Part shown: positions 19,091-28,869 of the stretch, piece by piece
Position numbering within the stretch: the first letter of the stretch is position 1
Layout: the number at the start of each line of letters is the position of its first letter
Assembly (NCBI GenBank): GCA_965371515.1
Contig: CBDUYR010000007.1
Coordinates: 1 to 64,000 of the forward strand
DNA from: an uncultured bacterium
Lineage (GTDB): Bacteria; Krumholzibacteriota; Krumholzibacteriia; Krumholzibacteriales; Krumholzibacteriaceae
DNA length: 64,000 nt
Direction of reading: 5' to 3'
Notes under the pieces: model-generated
The model's database searches: none
Told to the model about the DNA's origin: nothing
The model's input: the letters and a program-made list of their open reading frames with translations, nothing else
Made by a program: the position numbers and the translations under genes

Positions 19091-19272
19091 GATCGTCCCC
19101 CGGTTCCGAAATATTCCGGATGTAAATGTTTCACGACACTACCTGATTGTCACAATAATGGAGCAAAGCCGTTACTTATGTAATTTTTATATTGATTAGC
19201 CGATTCGGGTCAATCAAAATCGAATGCGGGACCAACTTAACCAATCTGAAGAGAAATCGCCGGGAGACGAAT

Positions 19273-22041
19273 TTGGCATACATTCCACTTCACGTTCACA
19301 GCACGAACAGCCCCGGGATCGGGATGATGACGGTATCTGAGATCGTCGAGAGGGCAGCATTCCTGGGCATGCCTGCAATCGCGCTGACCGATCAATGGAA
19401 CACATACGGACACTTCGAGTTAGCTAAAATGGCAGCGATAAATGGGATAAAGCCCATTTTCGGCGCCGAGGTGCGGCATCTCTCACTTACGGGGCACGAC
19501 GACGCGTTTCACCTCACTCTTCTCGCGGAAGACAACACGGGCTACGCGAACCTGACCAGGCTGGTAAGCCTGCATTACGAAAAGGAAGGCCAGCCGCATG
19601 TTACTGCGGAAGAGCTCGCCGGGCTGAGCGAAGGGGTCATCGCGCTCTCCGGGTGTATACGCGGCGAGGCCAACCAGGCCGTTCTTCATGGAAATCTCGG
19701 GATGGAGAGGGAGGTGGTCGAAAGGTGTCTCGAGATATACGGGGAGAACCGATTCTATCTCGAGATAATGACCCACAATCACGAGCGCGAACAGCTTGTA
19801 CTCGACAAGATGATCCTGCTGTCGAAAAAACTCGGGATCCCGATGGTAGTGACGAACAACGACAGGTTTGTCTCGAAGGACGACGCTGTATATTACGAGG
19901 TACTGCGGATGCTGGCCGGAAATATGAGTAAGGAAGAGGATTCCGAAACGCTCCCTGAGTATTATCTCAAGAGCAGGAAGGATCTCGAACCGTATTTCTA
20001 TTTCCTCGAAGAGGCGCTCGAGGTATCGGGAGAGATCGCGGAGAGGTGCCGGGTCGATCTCATAGATGGAACGACGATCTCATTCACGGAGGATCCCAAC
20101 GAGGATGTCACTCTTTCAGAGAAATGCAACAGACGCTTCATACTCGAATTCCACACCACTGTAGATGGTGATTCGTTCGATCTGAAGAATCAGATGATGG
20201 ACGAGCTCGAGAGAGCGTCGATCGAGGAGATGTCAGGGTTTTTGCTCTTCCTGGAGAAAATTATCCGCAGATGTAAGCGGAGTGGAGAGTGGATCGAACT
20301 GGTTGGAAGCGACGTGTGCGAGAGCGTTATAGCATATCTGCTGGGAATCATACCCCTGAATCCCGCCGAGCATGGGCTAGTGTTCGAATCGTTCGGTGCG
20401 CCTGCGCCTGGAGTTCCGCCTGTCGTGGAGCTGCTCAGGTCGAAAGGGTCTCGCGACAGGCTGATGCGGGTGCTGGAAGAGCTGCTTCCAGGCTACCGGT
20501 TCCGTTTTCAGCTTCAGAGGGAGGATTCTTCATTCTCAACGCTCGTCAAGGAGCTCAGCGAAAAGTTCGAGATTGGGGAGACGCTGACAAATGAGATCGT
20601 TCAGTCGATTGCAGCCGCACGGAGGAGGGGCGGGCTGGCCGATATGCTCGAGAGCTCCGATAACCTCTCTCATATATACAACACTGACAGGACCGTGCGG
20701 AAGATCCTCCATTCAGCCACAGCACTGCAGGGACGCGTATCTCATTTTATTCACAATACATCCAAAATCGTTGTGTTACCGCCCGGGGCGGAAAGCAAAG
20801 TCGCATATGTAAGGGGAGACGGGGGCGACGAGTTCCTTATGCTCGATAGAGAAGCGATTGCTGCCCATGGAGGATGGAAGCTCGTGGTGCAGCAGTCCCA
20901 TTTCCTCTCTGCCCTGGCTGAAACGGTAGTAAGGATCAGGGGCACAGGCAAATATTGCGGATTACAGTCGGTATCCGAGAAGGACCACGAGCGGCCGGAA
21001 GAGTGGAGGCCGAAGGATCTCAACGACGTCAGCACTTTCGAGATGATATGCGAAGGGAACACTGATGGTGTCTATCTCCTCGAGAGCAGGGGGGTTCGCG
21101 ACCTTCTGACGACGATTAAGCCCCGCCTGTTCGACGACCTTGTCAACGTCATCTCGCTATACAGGCCCGCGCCTCTCGAGGGGAGGCTCTGGCAGAAGTA
21201 CGTCGAGAACGCCGATAAAAAGGGGAAGGTCTACCTCCCGCATCATTCGCTCGCCGGTCCTCTGGAGATGACACGCGGGCTGCTGCTCTACAAGGAACAG
21301 GTCAGAGAGATCCTGCTCGGGTCGGCAGGCCTGAGGGGGCAGGATGCCCTGTTCGTTGAAAGGGCGTTGGGAACAAGGGAAGCCTCGGACCTGCAGTCGG
21401 CGAGGCTGATATTCATACGCGGAGCGATGGACAGGGATATCGATGAGGAGGATGCGCAGAAGATATTCGACTACCTCCTGCACAACATCGAATTTACATT
21501 CGACAAGGTGTTCAGCTGCACGCAGGCGTATATCAGCTACAGATCCGCATTCCTCAAGGCCCACCACCCGGTAGAATATTTCTCCGCGCTGCTTGATTCG
21601 TCGGCCGACGTACGTGACAGAAAGAAGCGGTATCTCGACTATCTCGAGCTCAAGGGGCCGAAGGTGTTTCTTCCTGACGTGAATTTCAGCGGCCGTGGAT
21701 TCATCGCCGAGAACGAATCGATCAGGGCTCCGATGTCGGAGGCATGTGATATGACCGTCGAGGAGGTCGAGACGATTCTGGGCGAAAGAGAAGAAGGCGC
21801 CTACGGTTCTCTGGAGGATTTCCTGAAGAGACTAAGCGGAAGGCTCTCCATGGAGACGGCGATGAACATGGCCGATTGCGGCCTGTTTGATTCGTTCGGG
21901 GAAGGGAGAAAAGCCATGCAGGAGGAAGTGCTCGCTTTCTACGACGAGCACGCCAGGGCGGGGGAGTTCTTCCGCGCGCCAGCTGAGACTGCGAAACCTA
22001 AGAAAAAGGACGACGGCCAGATGTCCCTGTTCGATGAATGA
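19273..22041 (+). CDS. DNA polymerase III alpha (DnaE) paralog with a degenerate active site; ends at a beta-clamp motif
   Basis: TTG start MAYIPLHVHS; PHP domain; TDGVYLLES, ISLYRPAP, LKAHHPVEYF and LPDVNFS are recognisable; the catalytic PDxDxD and KxDxLG motifs are missing; C-terminus is GQMSLFDE; 922 aa. Confidence 0.88.
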   Translation: MAYIPLHVHSTNSPGIGMMTVSEIVERAAFLGMPAIALTDQWNTYGHFELAKMAAINGIKPIFGAEVRHLSLTGHDDAFHLTLLAEDNTGYANLTRLVSLHYEKEGQPHVTAEELAGLSEGVIALSGCIRGEANQAVLHGNLGMEREVVERCLEIYGENRFYLEIMTHNHEREQLVLDKMILLSKKLGIPMVVTNNDRFVSKDDAVYYEVLRMLAGNMSKEEDSETLPEYYLKSRKDLEPYFYFLEEALEVSGEIAERCRVDLIDGTTISFTEDPNEDVTLSEKCNRRFILEFHTTVDGDSFDLKNQMMDELERASIEEMSGFLLFLEKIIRRCKRSGEWIELVGSDVCESVIAYLLGIIPLNPAEHGLVFESFGAPAPGVPPVVELLRSKGSRDRLMRVLEELLPGYRFRFQLQREDSSFSTLVKELSEKFEIGETLTNEIVQSIAAARRRGGLADMLESSDNLSHIYNTDRTVRKILHSATALQGRVSHFIHNTSKIVVLPPGAESKVAYVRGDGGDEFLMLDREAIAAHGGWKLVVQQSHFLSALAETVVRIRGTGKYCGLQSVSEKDHERPEEWRPKDLNDVSTFEMICEGNTDGVYLLESRGVRDLLTTIKPRLFDDLVNVISLYRPAPLEGRLWQKYVENADKKGKVYLPHHSLAGPLEMTRGLLLYKEQVREILLGSAGLRGQDALFVERALGTREASDLQSARLIFIRGAMDRDIDEEDAQKIFDYLLHNIEFTFDKVFSCTQAYISYRSAFLKAHHPVEYFSALLDSSADVRDRKKRYLDYLELKGPKVFLPDVNFSGRGFIAENESIRAPMSEACDMTVEEVETILGEREEGAYGSLEDFLKRLSGRLSMETAMNMADCGLFDSFGEGRKAMQEEVLAFYDEHARAGEFFRAPAETAKPKKKDDGQMSLFDE

Positions 22042-22056
22042 GAACCCCTTTTTCGT

Positions 22057-22085
22057 TTGACTTGGGGCTGTTCCATTGCTAAATT
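22057..22085 (+). promoter_or_regulatory. Sigma70 promoter of tRNA-Glu
   Basis: TTGACT, 17 nt, TAAATT with a TGn extension, 36 nt before the tRNA. Confidence 0.65.
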
Positions 22086-22121
22086 CCGACAGTCCGAAAA
22101 AAGTACTGCACTAATTAAGGC

Positions 22122-22199
22122 GTCCCCATCGTCTAGCCAGGTCTAGGACACTGCCCTTTCACGGCGGCAACACGGGTTCGAATCCCGTTGGGGGCGCCA
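22122..22199 (+). tRNA. tRNA-Glu (TTC anticodon)
   Basis: Acceptor stem GTCCCCA/TGGGGGC, anticodon arm CTGCC-CTTTCAC-GGCGG, T-loop GGTTCGAATCC, encoded CCA. Confidence 0.96.
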
Positions 22200-22300
22200 T
22201 TTTGGTTTAAACAATGCCCAGAATTAATCTGTCCGTATTTTACTCAAAGGGAAGAGCGAGGACTATAACTGCAACTGATCTTCGGAATAGAGGTGATATT

Positions 22301-23446
22301 GTGAATCCGTACGATCTTTCTCTGGCAACAATAGAGCAACTGGTCCAGCAGCACGGAACACCTATATACATAGTAAGCAAAAAGAAACTCATAGAAAATT
22401 TCCAGCTTCTCGATAAAGCCCTGCCTGCCGTTAAAATCTACTATGCAGTGAAGGCGAATCCACATGAAGAAATCCTGGAGACCCTGGCCGGAATCGGCGC
22501 TGGTTTTGATGTCGCCTCGAAGGGCGAGATTCTGAGTGCCATCAAGGCAGGAGCACACGCCAGGGATGATCTCATCTTTGCCGACACCGTGAAGGATCCG
22601 AAACATATTGCCTTTGCGTACAGCATCGGTCTCGATGACTTTACGTACGACAACATGTCGGAGATCCAGCAGATCGCCAGACACGCACCCGGTTCATATG
22701 TCCATCTCAGGATCGCCGTTTCGAACAAGGGAAGTGTTGCGCATCTCAGCAAGAAGTTCGGGGCGCAAGTCGAAGAGGCCATTCCACTGCTGCTCGCAGC
22801 CCGTGACCAAGGTCTGCAGCCCAGGGGGGTCAGCTTTCATGTTGGCAGCCAGTGTCTCGACGTCAATCGTTACGTGGAAGCGCTTGATTCAACCAGGGTG
22901 ATTTTCGAGCAGGCCAGACAGGAAGATCTGAAACTGGAGATGATCGACATCGGCGGCGGTTTTCCAGTGAGGTATATCGATGAGAACATCAACCTGGAAA
23001 GTATGTGTAAAACGATCGTCGATCATTACAGGAATCTGTTCGGCGATGAAATCATGCTGGTTGCAGAGCCTGGCCGAAGCATAGTGGGAGATGCCGTGAT
23101 TCTTGTAACCAAGGTCATCTCAGAATCGGTACGCGATGGCAGGAACTGGTTGTATTTCGACGACGGCACCTACGGAAGTTTCCTGGATGTATTGCTGTAC
23201 AAGATGAAGTTCCCGATGAGGACCAACACATCCGGCAGGATGACGAACTATGTTCTGGCGGGCCCTACTTGTGACTGTATAGACGTTTTCTCGAGGGATG
23301 CGGAAGGTGAAATCTGTGAGGTGGAGCTTCCTGAGACACACGTCGACGACCTGCTTATCGCGGGAAGCATGGGTGCTTACACCTATTCGGAATCGACGCG
23401 GTTCAACGGCTTCGACCCGCCTAAGTTTGTGTATATCGATAATTGA
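22301..23446 (+). CDS. Fold-type III PLP-dependent ornithine/lysine decarboxylase
   Basis: YAVKAN (PLP Lys), KKFGA, FHVGSQ, DIGGGF, EPGRSI, GPTCD, GAYT; GTG at 22301 after GAGGTG. Confidence 0.9.
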   Translation: MNPYDLSLATIEQLVQQHGTPIYIVSKKKLIENFQLLDKALPAVKIYYAVKANPHEEILETLAGIGAGFDVASKGEILSAIKAGAHARDDLIFADTVKDPKHIAFAYSIGLDDFTYDNMSEIQQIARHAPGSYVHLRIAVSNKGSVAHLSKKFGAQVEEAIPLLLAARDQGLQPRGVSFHVGSQCLDVNRYVEALDSTRVIFEQARQEDLKLEMIDIGGGFPVRYIDENINLESMCKTIVDHYRNLFGDEIMLVAEPGRSIVGDAVILVTKVISESVRDGRNWLYFDDGTYGSFLDVLLYKMKFPMRTNTSGRMTNYVLAGPTCDCIDVFSRDAEGEICEVELPETHVDDLLIAGSMGAYTYSESTRFNGFDPPKFVYIDN

Positions 23447-23601
23447 ACTGGTGTGAGGATCTGCTTTGAGTTAGATTCATCCATGATTCGGCCTTACGAG
23501 AGAATCAGAACTGACAAAATATCCTGGTATTTGCGGTTCATCACGAAAATCGAGGCACTCAGGTAAGACAACAGTCTGATATTGGCGTAAAAGGAGCGTA
23601 A

Positions 23602-25053
23602 ATGCGCCTGATTCTCATCAACCCGCGCAATCCGCTGGTGAATGTCAATAAAAAGAGCAACTACTGGAACAAGTACCGCCTGTGGAAGCCGCTTGGACTA
23701 CTCGTGCTGGCCGGACTTACACCGCCGGAGTGGGAGATCACGGTGGTTGATGAGAATGTGGACACACCCGACTATTCGCTGATGCCTCGACCGGACCTGG
23801 TGGGTGTGACCGCGTTCACATCTCAGGCGCCGCGGGCGTATGAGGTGGCCGCGGTATTTCGCGGCCGGGGAGTGCCCGTTGTGATGGGTGGGATCCACGC
23901 CACCATGCGCCGGGAAGAAGCAGCGAAACGAGTGGATGTCGTGGTGACTGGCGAGGCCGAGAGCGTCTGGGCACAGGTGCTGGAAGATGCAGCACGCGGC
24001 GCCTTGAGGCCTTTATACGCCGGCGGTCATGAGGAAATGGATAGGACTCCGCCTGCCCGTCACGATCTCCTGCCGACCGGCTATAAGTTCGGGGCCATTC
24101 AAACCACGCGTGGTTGTCCCCTCAACTGCAGTTTCTGCAGCGTCAGCCCGTTCAACGGAAGGAAGTACAGGCGCCGCTCGAAAGAGGAAGTCGTGGCAGA
24201 GTTCAAGCTGATCAGAGAGAAACTCGTACTTGTCGTAGACGACAATCTGATCGGCACTCGTCAGGATCATATCGCGCGGGCAAAGGATCTGTTCAGGGCG
24301 ATGATAGAGGCAGATCTCGGCAAGAAGTGGGTCTGCCAGGCGACGATCAATATGGCTGATGATGACGAGCTGCTCCGACTGGCCAGTCGGGCCGGGTGTA
24401 TAGGCGCTTTCATCGGATTCGAAACGACTACCGACGAGGGGCTGGCCGAGGTGCACAAGAACTACAATATTCAGAAAGACCGTGATTTCAGAGCTTCGGT
24501 ACGCCGGATCCAGCGCCACGGTATCACTGTTGCCGGTTCGTTTATCATGGGCCTGGACGTCGATCGGCCGGGAATTGGCCTGAACATCGCCGATACGGCC
24601 AATCAGTATGGCGTGGATATGCTGAACGTGCTGTTCCTGACGCCATTGCCCGGGACAGTCCTCTGGGATAAGATGGAGAAGGAAGGACGGATTGTCTCGA
24701 CCCGATTCCCCGAGGACTGGAAGTACTTTACGCTGTCACTACCCGTGGGGCGTTATAAAAATTTCACACAGGATGAGATCCTCGACGAGATGAGCTCCTG
24801 TACCCAAAAGTTCTATTCGCTGCGAGGAATTCTGCGCCGAGTGGCACGCAATCTCTGGAAGAGGCAGCATCCCTTCGTTACCCTGGCAGCGAACCTCTCC
24901 TATCGCAATAACGGCCGCTTGAGCCGGAATGTGTGCCAGGAATTCAAGCGGACCAGCGACCTGTTGCAAAAGGTACTACCACTGCCCTCAACGGGCGACA
25001 ATCTGCATGTCCTTGCACCACGTCTCATAGTACAGGAGTCGAATCGGGACTGA
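23602..25053 (+). CDS. B12-binding domain radical SAM protein
   Basis: PLGL...VVMGGIHAT...GEAE; RGCPLNCSFC (CxxxCxxC); TPLPGT. Confidence 0.9.
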   Translation: MRLILINPRNPLVNVNKKSNYWNKYRLWKPLGLLVLAGLTPPEWEITVVDENVDTPDYSLMPRPDLVGVTAFTSQAPRAYEVAAVFRGRGVPVVMGGIHATMRREEAAKRVDVVVTGEAESVWAQVLEDAARGALRPLYAGGHEEMDRTPPARHDLLPTGYKFGAIQTTRGCPLNCSFCSVSPFNGRKYRRRSKEEVVAEFKLIREKLVLVVDDNLIGTRQDHIARAKDLFRAMIEADLGKKWVCQATINMADDDELLRLASRAGCIGAFIGFETTTDEGLAEVHKNYNIQKDRDFRASVRRIQRHGITVAGSFIMGLDVDRPGIGLNIADTANQYGVDMLNVLFLTPLPGTVLWDKMEKEGRIVSTRFPEDWKYFTLSLPVGRYKNFTQDEILDEMSSCTQKFYSLRGILRRVARNLWKRQHPFVTLAANLSYRNNGRLSRNVCQEFKRTSDLLQKVLPLPSTGDNLHVLAPRLIVQESNRD

Positions 25054-25094
25054 CGCACGATTGGATCGTCTCAGCTGGACTCACCAATTCAATT

Positions 25095-26402
25095 CTAGTG
25101 GATCACGATGATCTTCCTGGCTTGAACGTCGTTCAGCGTCTGACCGGTGACCATCAACCGGCCGAAGTAGATGCCGGCTGAAACGCTCCGCCCGTGTCCA
25201 TTCCGTCCATCCCACTGGACAAGATGCGTTCCGGCTTCCCGGGACTCATCAGACAGCCTGCGCACCAGGCGGCCGCGCGAATCATAGATGCTCAACTGAA
25301 CCTTTGCCCTGGAGGGCAGTGAAAAGCGAAGACTTGTTGTTCCACTGGAAGGATTCGGGCCGGCGACGTCGAAGAATACCCGCGTGCTGCCGGTCTCTGA
25401 TTCAATGACATCCGTCTGTCCAGAAGTCAGCAGTGTAAAGTCGTCTCCGAATATGTACAGGGCCTGCCCGATCTTGCCGTCGAGTTCGCGGAATTCAAAC
25501 TGCCTGAAGCCGGCGAGGCGCGTATCGATCGCCCCGAAGAATTGGAAACCGCTGGTGATAGGACCTCCAGCGAGCAGGGTCAGGTCATCCAGGACAATCC
25601 CTACGTTGGCGCCGAAGATGCCGGTGATGTAGCCGCCCACACCGTGCAGAGGGATCATGCCAGGTTCCAGGATCCCTGTGAAACCATCGTGGTACAGGCA
25701 GTACTCCGGTGGATTATCGATGTCACACTCTCCAGGCGTTCCAGTGGCGGAACCGTGCTCAGGGTCGAAGACTCCCCAAAGGCCGGTTCGAGCCGGACCA
25801 GACCCGGTAGTGATCTCGTTCCAGTCTGGAGTATAGGCATGGTTTGATTGCCACTTTACACCCCGGCTGCTGATGACGAGGGCTGTGTTAGGAGAACGTG
25901 CGATGCCCCACGCAGTATCGTCCTCGAAGCCCTCCTGGAAACCGACGTATCCATGCTCGGCGGCTTTTGCCAGGAAGGCGGACTCGTTCCAGCAGACAAA
26001 TACATCGGGCCCGCCTGTGCAGGCGGTTAATGTGACGGTCGCCAGGTCCGACACGGCGCCGAAGACTGCCCTGTAGACGAAACTGTCCATGCCGTCGAAT
26101 GTCGATCCGGGCGAGTAGCTGAAAGATCCATTGGAGTTCAGCACGAGTGTGCCATGGAGGACGTCTGTCACCAGTTCAGCGGTGGAACCTGACTCCCCCG
26201 CGTTTTCGCCATCAAGGATGTCATTTTCAAGAACGCCGAACGCCTCGATCTCCAGTGTGATGCCAAACGGGATGCCGAAGTTATCGTCATAGGCCGTCAG
26301 GTCCTGGGCTCTGACAGAAACAGCACTGACCATCAACAGCAGGCATACATAGATAACAGGGTATTTCGAGGACTTCACTGATTTCTGATTTGACATTAAC
26401 AT
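25095..26402 (-). CDS. Secreted protein with a bacterial Ig/cadherin-like domain and a C-terminal FlgD-Ig (T9SS-CTD-like) domain
   Basis: Signal peptide; GVLEND...HGTLVLNSNGSFSYSP...DSFVY; C-terminal GPNP...IYDSRGRLVRRL...WDGRN...SAGIYF. Confidence 0.82.
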   Translation of the reverse strand: MLMSNQKSVKSSKYPVIYVCLLLMVSAVSVRAQDLTAYDDNFGIPFGITLEIEAFGVLENDILDGENAGESGSTAELVTDVLHGTLVLNSNGSFSYSPGSTFDGMDSFVYRAVFGAVSDLATVTLTACTGGPDVFVCWNESAFLAKAAEHGYVGFQEGFEDDTAWGIARSPNTALVISSRGVKWQSNHAYTPDWNEITTGSGPARTGLWGVFDPEHGSATGTPGECDIDNPPEYCLYHDGFTGILEPGMIPLHGVGGYITGIFGANVGIVLDDLTLLAGGPITSGFQFFGAIDTRLAGFRQFEFRELDGKIGQALYIFGDDFTLLTSGQTDVIESETGSTRVFFDVAGPNPSSGTTSLRFSLPSRAKVQLSIYDSRGRLVRRLSDESREAGTHLVQWDGRNGHGRSVSAGIYFGRLMVTGQTLNDVQARKIIVIH

Positions 26403-26454
26403 CTCCTGTTCAGGATTCCTGAAATTACGGGATGTGGAGATTTATTCCGAGAAT

Positions 26455-26483
26455 AGTATACTATATATGTCAGTTATCGGCAA
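26455..26483 (-). promoter_or_regulatory. Candidate sigma70 promoter for the FlgD-Ig protein gene
   Basis: Minus strand TTGCCG, 17 nt, TATACT. Confidence 0.5.
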
Positions 26484-26670
26484 GAGAAGAGCGGGGAGAG
26501 GAGGAATAGAATAAGAGAAAACGTTAACAGAAGTCACGAGATCTATCGTGGAATCTTTTTCTCCAGCCATGGGCAAAAGCGGACTTTTTCAAGTGAATGA
26601 ATATCTGTTACAATCGAAAGCGTTGCTATCTAGTTCTGAGTAATTTGAACCCATCCAGGATTGCTACGAG

Positions 26671-28869
26671 GTGAATAAGATGCTGCGCATAGGAAAATTC
26701 CGATTCCCAACATCGCGGAGGAATGTATTTCCGGTTACCGCTGTGAGTGTACTGTGCCTGATAGTACTCACCGCCGTCCCGGTCTTGGCCAAGGCGCAGG
26801 GCGCCCAGAACTGGCCCATCATCCACCATGACATCCGGGCCATGATCCAGCCCGCTGCCAGCCGGCTCGAGGTGACCGACCGCATCGAACTTGTCCACCC
26901 GCCCGATCCCGCCCGCCCCCTGCGCCTTCTGCTGCACCGGGATCTAACGATTGACTCCGTCGATCTGGAGGGGACACCGCTCGAAGTGGAGCGGAGTGAG
27001 GGTTTCAAGCCACGTCACTTCTGGGAACGGCCGGATTATGAACACATTGACGCATACGCCGCCGCGAGTGAGGTCACAGTCTATCCGCCGGCCGGAGGCT
27101 GGCCGGACGAACCAATCATCACCCTGCATTATGCAGGCACTGTGTACGACAGCCTGCGTTCGCCCGAAGTAGCCTACGGCCGCGGCTTCGAGACGACGAA
27201 CGGGCTCATCGGTGAACGTGGTGCCTACCTGGCGGGTATGACGTTCTGGATTCCCTGGAGTGGGGATGGCCTTTTCCGCTTCCGGCTCCGTGCGGATGTG
27301 CCGCCGGGCTGGGAGAGCGTGAGCCAGGGCACCCTGGACGAACGGCGCGTCACAAAGGACGGCCGTGTTGAATCGCTTTGGGTGGTGGGAGATCCTATGA
27401 CCGAAGCGTACCTGATCGCCGGTCCTTATGTCGTCCGGGAGAAGGACCACGGCGATGTGACGGCCTATACGTTCACCTATAAAAATACGCCCGAGGATCT
27501 TTGCCAGACCTACCTCGATGCCACCGGTAAATATCTCGAGCTATATAACGGAATGATCGGTCCCTATCCGTTCGACAAATTCGCCGTGGTCGAGAACTGG
27601 TGGCAGACGGGATTCGGCATGCCGAGCTTCACACTGCTCGGTGACCGGGTGATCCGCCTCCCCTTCATCGTTCATACGAGCTTTGGCCACGAGATTCTCC
27701 ACAACTGGTGGGGCAACGGTGTCTTCGTCGACTATGAGGGCGGGAACTGGTGCGAGGGGCTCACGACGTACCTGGCTGACTATTCATACAAGGCACGCGA
27801 GAGCGACGCTGCCGCCCGGGAATACAGGCTCAGTCAGCTTCAAGCCTATCTGGACTATGCAAGCGACGGGGAGGACGACTTCCCCATCCGTCGCTTCACA
27901 GAACGCGAAAGCGCTGCCACGCAGGCCGTGGGATACGGCAAGACCATGATGGTGTTTCACATGGCAAGCCGGCTTCTCGGAGAAGATACTTTTTTCAACG
28001 GCCTTCGCCGGTTCTATGATGATTATCTCTTCGAGGAAGCGAACTGGGACGACCTCATTCACAGTTTTGAAACGGCTTCTGATCGGTCACTCAGTGCGTG
28101 GTTCGAACAGTGGATAGGACGGCCAGGTGCTCCGATTCTCTCGGTGGCCAGGGTTGCCGGTGTAGATGATGAGACTGGGGTCTGGGTCGAGCTCAGGCAG
28201 GAGCAACCCTTCTACGATCTTCAGGTACCGATCCAGTTCGATTCCTGTGGCGAAGTCCACTCACGAGAGGTTCCCCTGGACTCTGCCGCGGCCCGGGTAG
28301 TACTCCCTGAGGGCACGCGCTGGATGGCTGTCGATCCGGATTTCGATATATTCCGTAAACTCCACCGCGGGGAGATCCCTCCCGCGCTCAGCCAGATCCT
28401 CGGGGCCGACTCGGTCATCGTGGTGATGGGTTCACGCTGCGCGTCCGGCATGGCCGGCGCCCTGGAGAAGCTTGCGGCTGACTGGGGCCGTAACCACGAC
28501 GCGATCGTTGTGGCCGAGGCGGATTTCACGGAACCGGATGGTCGCGCTGTGTGGCTTTTCGGGGAGGGGAGACTGGTCGATGAGGTCTTCGCTGGAACCA
28601 GGGCCTTCGGCGATTCGCCGGTGAAGCTGCGGGCCGATGCTCTGGAGGGGGGAAGAACACTCGTGGCAAGCTTCCGGGATCCGGATCACGATGAGATCCC
28701 CTGGACGGTAGTGCTTCCTGCCGATGCTTCGGTGGTAGAGGCACTGGGCCGAAAGCTTCCGCATTATGGTCGCTACAGCTATCTCGTCTTCGAAGGCGAG
28801 ACCAATATAGACAAAGGCAGCTGGGTCGTCGAGAGCTCCCCACTGCGCCTGGATTTGCTGGAGGAATGA
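26671..28869 (+). CDS. Secreted M1-family (gluzincin) aminopeptidase
   Basis: Signal peptide; GPYPFDKFAVV, GFGMPS, HEILHNWWG...WCEGLTTY, GYGK. Confidence 0.88.
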   Translation: MNKMLRIGKFRFPTSRRNVFPVTAVSVLCLIVLTAVPVLAKAQGAQNWPIIHHDIRAMIQPAASRLEVTDRIELVHPPDPARPLRLLLHRDLTIDSVDLEGTPLEVERSEGFKPRHFWERPDYEHIDAYAAASEVTVYPPAGGWPDEPIITLHYAGTVYDSLRSPEVAYGRGFETTNGLIGERGAYLAGMTFWIPWSGDGLFRFRLRADVPPGWESVSQGTLDERRVTKDGRVESLWVVGDPMTEAYLIAGPYVVREKDHGDVTAYTFTYKNTPEDLCQTYLDATGKYLELYNGMIGPYPFDKFAVVENWWQTGFGMPSFTLLGDRVIRLPFIVHTSFGHEILHNWWGNGVFVDYEGGNWCEGLTTYLADYSYKARESDAAAREYRLSQLQAYLDYASDGEDDFPIRRFTERESAATQAVGYGKTMMVFHMASRLLGEDTFFNGLRRFYDDYLFEEANWDDLIHSFETASDRSLSAWFEQWIGRPGAPILSVARVAGVDDETGVWVELRQEQPFYDLQVPIQFDSCGEVHSREVPLDSAAARVVLPEGTRWMAVDPDFDIFRKLHRGEIPPALSQILGADSVIVVMGSRCASGMAGALEKLAADWGRNHDAIVVAEADFTEPDGRAVWLFGEGRLVDEVFAGTRAFGDSPVKLRADALEGGRTLVASFRDPDHDEIPWTVVLPADASVVEALGRKLPHYGRYSYLVFEGETNIDKGSWVVESSPLRLDLLEE

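Noticed and set aside
19273..22041. Calling this gene the replicative dnaE or a DnaE2/ImuC mutasome polymerase
   Set aside because: The catalytic aspartates and OB fold are absent, and no imuA/imuB or lexA is adjacent.
26482..26521. Purine-rich tract between divergent genes
   Set aside because: Short low-complexity sequence in a promoter region, with no repeat unit or structure.
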